Of a DNA stretch of 64,000 nt, positions 46,601 through 58,600 are shown in pieces. A program made the position numbers and the translations under genes. This DNA comes from Chthoniobacterales bacterium (GTDB taxonomy: Bacteria; Verrucomicrobiota; Verrucomicrobiia; Chthoniobacterales; Chthoniobacteraceae). The notes beneath the pieces were generated by a model. It made no database searches and was not told the DNA's origin. It saw only the letters and a list, made by a program, of their open reading frames with translations. Position 1 is the first letter of the stretch. Every line of letters begins with the position of its first letter. Location of the stretch: the NCBI GenBank assembly GCA_038207335.1, contig JBBQZX010000016.1:1-64000 (forward strand), written 5' to 3'.

Positions 46601-49600
46601 TTTCAAAATGCCAAGCTGGCTCGCGGCGAGCGAACCATTCAACGCCATGACCGCGAACGTGCTTGCACCAGTCGTCCCGTCGGTCAGCACGATCGTGGAG
46701 TTGACCAGAGACGCAATCGTCGAGCCGGCGGCGGTGTTGATGCGCGTGATCACGTCGTTCAGCGAAGTCGCGCCGACGAGATTCACGTCGAACGTCGCGC
46801 CGCTACGCTGCGTCACGCGGAACTGCGCCGCCGCGATGCCAATCGCGATGCCCCCGCCGCCGCGCAGCGAGGAGAGAAGCGCCGCTCCGGTCAGGTTGGT
46901 GAGCACGCTGCCCACGATCTCGCCGGGCTTGCCAACGGTGGGCGCATTCAGGAGCCCGAGCAGGCTCGCGGTCAGCGAACCGTTCAGCGCGGTGACCGCG
47001 AAAATGGTCGCGCCGGTCGTGCTGTCGGTGAGGAAAAGTTTCGAGTTCTCGAGCCGCGCGAAGTTCGTCCCGGCGGCGGCATTAATCTTCTTAACCACGT
47101 CGTCGAGCGAGGTCGAGCCGCCGATGCTCACGTCGAAAGTCGTCCCGTCGCGCCGCGTCACCCGGAAGTGCGCGTCGTTCTTTTGCGTCGCCGCAAAGCC
47201 CGCGAGCGTGGACGCCGTGAGCGAGAGCGAGAGCACGGTCGGGTCGATGATTGTGAGCCGCAGGAACGTCCCGGAAATATCCGCGCGCACTTTGCCCGCG
47301 AGCCCAGCGACGGCGAGCGCGTCGTTGACATCCGCCGCGAAATCCGCGCGCGACGCGTTCGTGCTCGTGTTCGCCGACGGCACGGTGACGGTCGCCGTCG
47401 AGCCTCCCGCGTTCACGCCGAAGCTCACGGCGCTCGCAAAATTCCCATCGGCCGGGATCGCCACCGTGCCGGTGAGCGTGAGTTCGATCGGGATGCCCGC
47501 ACCGCCGCGCAGCGTGCTCAGCAGCGTGCCACCGCTCAGTTTGCTCACCACAAAATCTTCCTTCACCGGCAGCGCCGTGTTGTTCAGCGACACCTTGAAA
47601 GTGCCCGCGAGCGTGACGCCGGGGATGTTCACATTCACCGTGCCGCCGAGTTGTCCCGCCAGCCCGCCAGTGGTCAGCAACAGCGATGCCTGACCGTTTG
47701 TGAGGCTGAGGAAATCGGTCGTTCCGTCCCCGAGCCGCACGACGACTTTGTTCGCGACGACGCGGATGACTTTGTCCGTCGTCCCCTGCTTTGTCGTCTG
47801 CTCGAAAGCGAAGTCGCCGCTGATCGTCTGCCCGCCAACCGACAGCGTCAGCCCGGTGCCCTCGAAGCGGACGTACGGCCCGGCGACGAGTGACAGAGTG
47901 TGCTGCACCCCGGCTATGGTGAACTGTTCGTTGATCGCGCTGGTCGCGTTGTTGATCAAAAGTTTCAACGTGCCACTGAAGCCGATGATCGGCACCGCGA
48001 CCGTGCCGCTGATTTCGCCCGCGAGCCCGGCGGCTTTCACGACGAAGTAGCCGCTTCCACCGTTCAGCACGACAAGGTCAGTCGTGCCGGCGGTCAGCGC
48101 GAAATGCAGGTTCGTCACCGCGATCCGCACGACTTTTGTCGCAGGCACGCCGGGCGCGGCGGCTTGCGTGTATTGTTCGAAGGCGAAGTTCCCGGAGAGC
48201 TGCTGACCCGCGATATTCAGGGTGACCGGCGCGCCTTCGACTTTGAGATACGGCCCGGCGGGGAGGTTGATCGCGATCGTTTGGAAAGCGCTCAGCAGCA
48301 GGCCGCGGAGCGTGTCCTGCGTGTGGGTCGTGTTGTCGTCGCCGGTGCGGAGGAGACCGAGTTGCTGTGCCGCGAGCGAGGCACCCTGCTGCTCGACTTT
48401 CAGGCGGTTCGAGGCGGCCTGCGCGGAGGTATCGACGAGCTTGATGCTCCGGCCTTCGAGCGAAGCGACGGGCGCGCCTGCGGTCGCGTTGATCTTGGAA
48501 ATCACGTCCGCCAGCGTCAGCGCGCCGGTGAGATCGACGGTAATCGAAACTCCCGCGCGATTCGTGATTTTCAACTGCGGCCCGGTGCCGAGCGTGACGC
48601 CGAGCGCGGTGAGCGTCGTGGTCGGTTCGACCACTGGCACGTTCACCGACTGCACGACGGCGTTCGGCGTGTTGTTGATGTTCAGCGTGAAGGCACCAGT
48701 GAAAGTGACCGCGCCGGGAACGTTCAACGCGATATCCGCGGAGACACTGCCGAGGAGCCCCGTCGGTCCGATGATGAACGCGCCGCGACCGTTGTTCACG
48801 CTCAAAAATTCGGTCGTCCCGTCGCCGAGTCCGAGATGCACGTTCGCCGCGCCGGCCTTGATCTGGCGGATGTCGTCCGCAGTGTCCGGCAGGCCATCCG
48901 GCCCGGGTAACTTGCTGATGTCGAAGCTGAAATTGCCGGTAAGCGTCTGGCCCGCGACGCCGAGCGTGAGCGCGCCGGAGACGCCGACCGCGTCCGCCGG
49001 GATCGTGATCGACTGGCCGTCGAGCGTGAGCGTAGCGATCGTCGCAGTGCCCGCCGTGCCGGCGGCCGTGCGCGTGTTGTTGAAGACCACCGAGACGAGG
49101 CCGGAGAGCGTGAGGTCGGGAATCCCAACGACCGAAACGGTGCCTTCCGCGTAGAGCGCGAATTGTCCGAACCCGTTCCTTTGATACACGAACCGCGCGT
49201 TCGAGATAAGCAGCCCCTTCGCCGCCGGGTTCGCCTCTTCGCCGTCGAGCGTGGCCGGGCCCTGGCCGAGGAAAATGCGGACGCCCATGCCGGACCCGCT
49301 GTTCGGGTCAAAGGTAATCGTCTTGCTCTCGATCGTGACGAACCCGCCGATGTTGATGATGAAGTTGCCGATCGTGAATTTGATCGTCGGGCTGGCCAGC
49401 AGCTTGATCGGGAAGACCTGGCCGTTGAAGGCGATCGCGTCATCAATATCGACGCCGGTTGTGTTCACGCTCACCGCGACGGTGCCGCCCGCGCTCACGC
49501 CGGAGCCGCCGCCGACGCTCAGGTCGATCTCGCCGTTGAAAATGCCCGCGAATCCGGTGCTCGTCAGCAGCGCCGCACCGGAGCCGTTTTTAATCCCCTG

Positions 49601-52600
49601 CCCGTTGAAGCTCAGCTCGAGATTCGCGATCGCGAACCGGCTGACTTTGACGCCGTTCGAGTAAAGTTTCACGCCCTCGCCGTTGTTGCCCACGAGCAGG
49701 TCGAGGTCGCCATCGCGGTCGATGTCGGCGAGCAGCAGGCCGGTCGTGTGATCGGTCGCGAGGCCAATCAGCATCGCGTTCACGCCGCCGAACGGGTCCG
49801 CCGCATCGCCTTTGTTCAGGAAGAGCCGGCTCTGCGCAAGGTTCCCGCCGAGCACGACATCGACGCGCCCGTCGCCGTTCGCATCACCGACCGCAATCGC
49901 GCGCACCGCGAACGGCGCACTGCCGATACTCACCGCGGTCGCGAACGGAATCGCGCCGCCGCTGTTGATGTAGAGGACGTTTTGCTGGCCGTCTTTCCCG
50001 ACGACGAGGTCGAGTTTACCGTCGCCATTCACGTCGCCGAGCGCGATGGCGGTGGTCGCGGTGTTCCCATTCGCGCTGTCGATCACGAGGCTCTTCACCG
50101 GATCGAACAGCGTGTCCTGCACCGTGTTGAAAAGGGCGAGGGTTTCGCTGCTGATCGCGAGCGCGAAGACGCCGCCGACATCGCTCGCGCGCAGCCGCAG
50201 CTTGTTGCCGATGAGTTCCGCGACCAGTCCGGAGCCGGTCAGTTGGCTGTTGAGATCGATGACGAAATCCGCGGGCGCGGCGTTGTTGCCCTGCAAAGCG
50301 ACGCTCACCGTCGCGCTGCCGGACGTGGTTCCGTTCGTCGTGAAATTCACAGTGAATGCCGCGCCGAGTTGGCCATTCGCCGGGAGATCGACGATCGAGG
50401 TGAAGCCCGGCAGCGACACTCCCGACGAGGCAAAGACCGGCAGCGCCCCGCCGCCGAAGGTCACGGAAATCACCGCTGGATCGCTCACGCCGTGCGCTTT
50501 GCCGCCCGCCAGCGTGACATTGAATTGCGCCGCCGGGATGCCCGCCGCGACGAGCGCGCCGTTGATGTCGTTGACGAGATTCTGCCGCGCGACGCTCGCC
50601 ACCGGGTCCGCATTGTCGGCCTGCGCCGCGGCGGTGACCGTCACGGTCTTGGTCGTGCCGCCGCTCAGCAGGATGGTGAAAGTGAGGTCCGCGCCGAAGC
50701 TGCCATTCGCGGGAAGATCGGTGCCGCTGAAGAATTCCGGAGACTTGGTGAACGTGCTCGCCGTCGGTCCGAAGATCGCGAGCGACTGACCCGAAAGCGA
50801 AATCGACGTGACCGCCGGATCGATCGCGCGGAGTTGCAGGCGGTTCTCGATGACGCCCGGCGAAACGGTCACGGCGACCGATTCCGCGGTGACTTTCGTG
50901 CCGATCGTCGCAGCGGTCAGCCCGGCGTTGATGTCCGCGAGAAGGTCGGTCGCGCTCGTGTTGTTCGCCTGCGCGGCGGCGGTGACCGTCACCACGTTGC
51001 CGGTCGCCGAGCCGTTGAGTTTCAGCGTGAAAGTCAGGTCGCCGAGGAACTGGCCATTCGCCGGTGCGTCCGCCGTCGCGGTGAGTGCGGTTCGCGATGT
51101 GAGGCTGTCGGCGGTCAAGTTGAAGAACGCCTGCGACTGCGATGCGACCGTGAACGTCGTGATCGCCGGATCGATCACCGTGAGGCGCACGCGGTTGCCG
51201 TCCTGCTGCGCGAGGACTTTCGCGCTAAGGAAGCCGCCGCTTCCGGTCGGCGTGCCGGCGAGTGCGGCGTTGATGTCCGCGACGAGTTCCGCGATCGAAT
51301 TGTTGTTGTCCAGCGTCGCAGCCGGGATCGCCACGTCGGTCGGCGAGGTCGTTCCGTTCAGCGTCAGACGGAAGTTGAAGAACGTCCCGAGACGGCCATT
51401 CGCCGGCGCGTCCTCTGCGGAGGAAATGCTCGGACCGGCGACGATCGTCGCGTTCATCGCACCGAAGACCGCGATGGTCTGCGCGGAAATCGCAATCGAA
51501 ACGACCGTCGGATCGCTCGTCGTCAGCGTGAGTTTCGTCCCGGACAGACCGGCGAAGAGCTTCGTCCCAAGCCCGGCGGTGCCGAGCGCGGCGTTGATGT
51601 TGCCGACAAGATTCGCCGCCGTCGTGTTGGTCGATTGTGCGGCGGCGGAGACGGTGACCGGCACCGCGGCGGCGCCGTTGATCGACACGCTGAATTTGAA
51701 ATCCGTAAGGAATTTACCGTTCAGCGGCAGCGCGCCGGTGCTCGTGAAGGTGAGGCTCACCGGGTCGAACAGCGTCAGCGTTTGATTCACGATGACCAAC
51801 GCCGTGACGGTCGCGTCGAGGATGCGAAACGTGATCTTGCCCGCGTCCGTGCCGATCGTGACGGGCTCGGCGGTCAGCTTCGTGGCGAGTCCGGCGGCGG
51901 CGAGCGCGTCGTTGAAGTCGGAGACGAGCCGCGCGCGCGCCGTGACCGCATCGAACGTCGTGCTCGCGTCGCCGGCGTTGTCCGCCTGCGCCGCCGCCGT
52001 GATCGTGACGACCGTCGGTGTCGCCGCGCCGTTGAGCTTCACGCCAAAGGTGAACGTGCCGCCGAGTTGTCCGCTCGCCGGCGCAACCAGCGTCGTCGTG
52101 TATTTCGCGCCGCCGAGCAGCGAGTCGGCGTTCTCGGCGAAGAGCACGCCGGTCTGCGCCGAGACCTCGACTTTGAATACGGTCTTGTCCACCGCGCGCA
52201 GGACGATGTTCCCGCCGTCGAGCGAAGCGGCGAGCTTCGTGCCGAGCCCGACGCTGGTCAGTGCGGCGGTGAAGTCTTCCACGAGATTTTGCGCCGTCGT
52301 GTTGTCCGCCTGCGCCGCAGCGGTGATGACGAACGACGTGCCGGCTGCCGCGCCGTTGAGCTTCACCGTAACGCGGAACTCGAGGCCGATGCCGCCGATT
52401 TTGCCGTTGGCCGGAGCCACGCCGAGTGAGCGGATGGTCACGCCGTTGTTCACGACGATGAGGTTCGAGAAGCCGTTGTTGCCGATGACGATGTCAGCGC
52501 GTCCGTCGCCGTTCACGTCGCCGACCGCGACCGCCGTGCTGTTCGGCGTGCCGGTCGTCAGCGGTAGCCCGGCGGCGAAGCTTAGGACGAAGAGTTTCGT

Positions 52601-55600
52601 CGTTGCATCGACCGCGCCGGTGTTGAGGTAAGCGAGGCTTGGACGGCCACTGTTCACGATGACGATGTCGCGGATGCCGTTGCCGTCGAGATCCGCAATC
52701 GCTACGCCGGTCGTTGCTTTCGTTGCGTCGCCCGCCGCGCCCGGATCGAGCGCGGTGCCGGCATCGAAGCTCAGCGTGAAGATGCCGGACGCGTTCTTCG
52801 TGCCGGTGTTGAGGAAGACGAGATTCGCCGCGTTGTTGCGACCGACCACGATGTCGGGCTTGCCGTCGTTGTTCACGTCGCCAACCGCGACCGCGACGGC
52901 GTTGGAATTCGCCGGCAGCGCAATCGGCGCGGCGCTGAATGGCGTCGCGGTGCCGGTATTCAAATAGACGAGCAGCGGCTGCCCCGCGCGCGCCACGACG
53001 AGGTCGGCACGTCCGTCGCCATTCAGGTCGGCGGTCGTGATCGCCGTCACCGGAGCGGTCGCGGTCCCGATCGGCAATGCGCCGGCGAACTCATTCCGCT
53101 GGCCCTGCTCAAAGAAGAAGTCGCCGCGAATCACCTCACCGCTCACCGATGTGATGTCGATCGAAGCACCGATCACCGAGACGCGCACGAACGGCCCGGC
53201 AGGCAGGTCGAGTGTCTCCGTCACCGCCGGTGTGCCGAACGTGAACGACTCTTTCACGATCGACGCCTGCGTGTTGATCTGCACCGAGAAGACCGACGCC
53301 GTGACGTTGATCCCCGGCAGCGTGAACGCGATTCCCGGCCCCGCATTCGGCCCGGTCAGCACGGGATCGATCGTGAGGCTCGCAGCGATGCCGAGGTTGT
53401 TCACGAGGATCGAGCCGTGCCCATTCCGCACCTCGACGTAAGGCGCGCCCGCCGGCCCGATGCTCAGCGTGAGCGCGGAAATTCCAACGCGCACGACTTT
53501 CTGGTCGTCGGCGGTGCCCGCGATGTTGTCCGCGCCGCGCGTCTTGATTTGCTCGATCGCGAAAGTGCCGCCGAGCTGCTGGCCGAGCACGTTGAGCTTC
53601 GCGTCGTTCGCGGTGACGCGTAGGAACTGCCCGACCGTCGGGATGTCCAGCGTCCGCGATTCGGTGCCCGTCGGCGTGTTCACGGTGAATGTTTCGTTCA
53701 CCGCGGCGTCGAGCGTTTTCACCTGAACCGAGAAGCTCGCGTCGAACGTGACGCCCGGAATGTTCACCGCGACCGTCGCGCTGAGTTGACCCGCGAGCCC
53801 CTTCACCTGGCTCGCTCCGGTACCGCTCGTTTTCAAGATGAAGTCGCCGCTGCCGTTCGTGACGCTCACGAAATCGTTGGTCCCGTCGCCGAGGCCGAAG
53901 CTGACGTTCGCGAGCGAGATGCGGACGACTTTCGAAGCCGGGCCGGTCGCCGGAGTCGAGGTGAGCTGCTCGAATGCGAAATCGCCTGAGAGCGTGACGC
54001 CGGAAACGCCGAGCTTCAGCCCGGTGCCCGCGAGTCGCACGTAGCTGCCCGCCGGGAGATCGATGGTCGTCGCCGTGCCGCCGACCGTGAAGGTTTCCGT
54101 GACCGCGACGGGCAGCGTGTTCACTTTCAGCGAAAGCGTTCCGCTCAACGTGACCCCCGGGACATTCAGCGCGACTGTGCCGCTGAGCGTGCCCGCGATG
54201 CCGGCAGGGACCGCCGGATCGGGCGCAGCCGCCGCGACCGCCGGACGCAGCACGAAATATCCGGTGCCGCCGGTGACGCTGAGGAAGGTGTTCGTGCCGT
54301 CACCGAGCGAGAGGGCGACGTTACTGAAGGCGATACGCACGAGCTTCGTCGCGGTCGGCCCCGTGCCGCGCGTGAACTGCTCGAAGGAGAAGTTGCCCGT
54401 CAGCGACTGGCCCGCGATGCCGAGCACAACATTGCTCCCCGCGACGCGGAGATACGGCCCGGCGGGCAGGTCGAGCGCGAGCGTCGAAGTCCCGATGCTG
54501 ACGCTGTCTTTTACTGACGCGCTCGTGTTGTTGACCTCGATCGAAAACGCGCCACTGAACGTCACGTCCGGCACGTTGAGCGCGACGCTCGCGCTGATTT
54601 TCCCGGCGAGCCCGGCGGGCGTAAGGAGGAAGAATCCGGTCGCTTGCGAGACGCTGACGAGCGGCGCGGTGTCGGTGCCGCCGAGTTTCAGCGTGCCATT
54701 CGTGACCGAGACGCGCACCGCTTTGCTGCCGTCGGCGCGCGTCGATTGCTCGAGCACGAAATTCGCGCTGATCGTCTGGCCGAGGATGCTCAGCGTGCCC
54801 GGCGTAGTGTCGTCGCCGATTTCGATGCGGAGATACGGACCGGCGGGCAGGTTGAGCGTCGCGGCGGGATTCGTGAACGTCTGGCTCACCGCGGCGAGCG
54901 TGTTGTTTACGCGGACTTTGATCGTGCTTGAGAAAACGACGCCCGGCACGTTGACCGCGAGCACGCCGGAGATGTCGCCCGCGAGTCCCGCCGGAGTGAT
55001 GAGGAACGTCGCCGCGCCGCCGGTCACGCTGACCGCGCCCGCGCCAAGATTGAGCGCGACGTTGTCCGCGGTGACGCGGATGCGCTTGGCCCCGGCGACC
55101 GTCTTCTGCTCGAACGCGAAGTTGCCGCTCAACGTCTGGCCGAGCAAGCCCACGCTCACGCCCGTCCCGCTGACTTTGAGATACGGACCGGCATCGACTT
55201 TCAACGAAACCGGCGCGACGCCAACGAGGAACGTCTCGTCGATCGCGCTGCCGGTATTGTTCAAGACGACGCTGAAAGTGCCGCCGAGCGTGACCGATGG
55301 GACGTTGAGTTTGATCGTCGCGGTGAAGGTGCCCGCGAATCCGCCGGGGACCATGCCGACGGTCGGTGTGACGAGGAAGAAGCCGCTGCCGCCGCTGACT
55401 TCGAGCACCGGGCTGGCGGCGTCGCCGAGCGCGAGGCGGATGTTCGCGAGGCCGATGCGGACGCGGCTCTCGGTTGTGCCGGCTTTGGTCACGCGCTCGA
55501 ACGCGAAGTCGCCGCTGAGCGTAATGCCCTGCACGTCGAGTTCGACGCCGGTGCCTTCGATACGGAGATACGGTCCGGCGGGCAGGTCGAGCGCGACCGT

Positions 55601-58600
55601 GCGGTTTCCGACCGCAAACGTCTCGGTGACTGCTGCGGTCCCGCTGTTGATCGCGAGCGAGAAGTTGCCGCGGAAGCCGAGCCCAAGCGATGGGTCGATC
55701 GTCACCGTGCCGCTCACTCGACCCGCGAAACCCGTCGCTTTGACCGCGAAAATCCCCTCACCGTTCGTGAGGCTGATCACCGTTTGCGTGCCGGTCTTGA
55801 TCGCGACGGTGACGTTGGTCAGCGCGAGGCGTACGACCTTGTTGCCAGTCAGCGCGGAGCCGGTTTGCTCGAACGCGAAATTGCCGGCGAGCGACTGGCC
55901 CGCGATGGCGATAGTGACGTAATCGCCGCTCACGCGCAGGAACGGCCCGGCGGGCACGTCGAGCGTGATCTTGGTCGCGCCGACAAAGAAGTCGGTCTTC
56001 ACCGGCGCGGTCGTCGTATTCACCGCGAGCGAGAGCGTGCCGGCGCTCAGCGTGAAGCCGGGAATGTTCGTCGTGACGGTCGCGGCGAACGAGCCCGCGA
56101 CGCCCGCCGGAGTCAGCAACAGCGAGCCGCTCCCATTCGTCACGCTCAGGAAATCGGTCGTCCCGTCACCGAGGCCGATGCTGACGTTCGTCGCCGAGAT
56201 GCGAAGCGAACCTGCCGCCGCACCGCCGGTCACTTTGTCGAACGTGAAGTTGCCGTGCAGCTTCTGCCCGACGATTTGCAGGTCGGTGTTCAGCGCCTGG
56301 AACGACGTGAGATTTTTCTGCTGGTCGCTGAAGTCGAGCGCGATGCTGTCGGCGGTGTTCGGAATGGTCAGCGTCTCGTGAATTTCGAGGCCGGTGGTGT
56401 TGACGAGCACGGTCGCCTGACTGCTCAGGACGATGCCGCTGAGGCCGAGCACCTGCACGTTGCCGGTCGCGAAGAAAGCGACGGTGCCGTTCGGGTATTT
56501 GATGAGGCCGACGCGCGCTTCGGTGAGCAGCAAACCGGTCGCCGACGGGTTGATTTCACCATTCGCGAGGCGGCCCGGACCCTGGCCGAGGAAAACCGCG
56601 AGGTTCGTCCCGGCGAAGGTCAGTTTGCCGCCGACATTCGCGAACGAAACGCTGCCCTCGATCGTCACGAAATTGCCGATGTTCAGCGTCAAATCCTCGG
56701 CGAAGAACGCAAACAGGTCGCCTTCACCGGCGGTGAACTTCACGGCGATCGTGCGGCCGTTGATGTCGATCGTTTCATCGACCGCGCCGCCGCTCTTGTT
56801 CACGCGGAAGCCCGCGCGCCCGCCGAGACTCGCGCCGCCTGCGGCGATGGCGATGTCGCCGCTGATGATTCCCGCGACGCCCGTCGGCGTGATGACGAAC
56901 GCGCCGTCGGCGTTCTTGATCCCCTGCCCGCCGAAGCTGACCTCGACATTCGCGAGCGCGATGCGCGTGACTTTTGTGCCGTTGGCCCGCGTGCTCTGGT
57001 CGAACGCGAAGTCGCCGTGCAGCAGCACGCCGCCGACGATGAGGTTGGTATTATAAACCGCGACGCGGACATACGGACCGGCGGGCAGGTCGAGTGAGAT
57101 CGTCGCGCCTGCGACCGTGAAGCTTTCCTTCACGGCAGCGGTTGTGTTGTTGACTTGGATCGAAACGTCGCCGGTGAGTTGCACGCCGGGGATGTTGAAC
57201 GCCGTAGAAACGCTGAGGCTGCCCGCGACTCCGGCCGGAGTGATGAGGAAGGCACCCGTGCCGTTGGTCAGCGAAACGAAGTCGGTCGTGCCGTCGCCGA
57301 GTTTCAGCGAGACGCCGCTGATCGCGATGCGAACGACCTTCGCGCCGGCGAGCGTCATCGATTGCTGGAGCACGAAATTGCCCGCGAGCGTTTGTCCTGC
57401 GACGGTCAGCGCAACGCCCGTGCCGCTGACGCGCAGGAACGGCCCGGCGGGCAGCTTCAGCGCAACCGTCGCTGCGCCGACCACGAAGCTCTCATCGATC
57501 CCGGCGGTCGTATTGTTCAGCTCGGCGGTGAAATTTCCAGCGAATGAAACGCCCGGCAGATTCACCGCGACGCTGCCGGTGAAGGAGCCCGCGATGCCCG
57601 CCGCCGTGACGACGAAGTAAGCCGATGCGCCGCAGACGACGACGAGTTCGTTGGTCCCGTCGCCGAGCGCGAGCCGCGCATTCGCGATGGCCACGCGCAA
57701 TTTCGTTTCGCCGCGCGTGTTCGTCGCGCGCTCGATCGCGAAGTCGCCGGTGATGCTTTGGCCGAGCACATTCACGCCCACGCCCGTGCCCGCGATGCGG
57801 ACGAACGGACCGGCGGGCAGGACAATCGAGACGCTCGCGCCGCCGACCATCAGTGTCTCGTTGACGGCCGCGTTCGTGTTGTTGATTTGCAGCGAAAGCG
57901 CGCCGCTCAGCGTGACGCCCGGAATGCTCGTGAGGATGTTCGCGCTGAAGCTGCCCGCGATGCCCGTGGTCGTGACGAGCAGGCTGCCGGTGCCGTTCGT
58001 GAGGCTGACGAGGTCGGTCGTGCCGTCGCCGAGTTTCAGCGTCACGTTGTTCGCCCCGAGACGGACGGTGGAACCGAAGCCGACGCGCGTGACTTTCTCG
58101 AACGCGAAATCGCCGCCGAGCGTCTGGCCCGCCACCGTCAATTTTGCACCGATCGCATCGACGCGAACATACGGCCCGGCGGGCAGGTCGAGCGTCGTGG
58201 TCGTGCCGCCGACCATGAACGTCTGCATCACCGCGGCGGTCGTGTTGTTGACGGCGATGCCGAACGCGCCGGTGAAGCTGACGCCCGGGATGTTCAGGGC
58301 CACGTCGGCGTCGAGGCGACCGGCGACCCCGGCGGTGATGACGAGGAAGCTGCCGCGGCCATTTGTGACGCTGACGAAATCAGTGGTGCCGTCGCCGAGT
58401 TTCAGGGTGACGCCGCTCGCCGCGACGCGCGTGATTTTCGTGCCGCCCGTCTGCGCGATTTGCTCGAGCGCGAAGCTGCCCGAGAGCGTCTGGCCCGCGA
58501 CGGCGAGCGTGACGTTGTCGGCCTTCACGCTGAGGAACGGCCCGGCGGGCAGCTTCAGCGCGATCGTGTCCGCGCCGATCGTAAACGTCTTGTCCACCGC

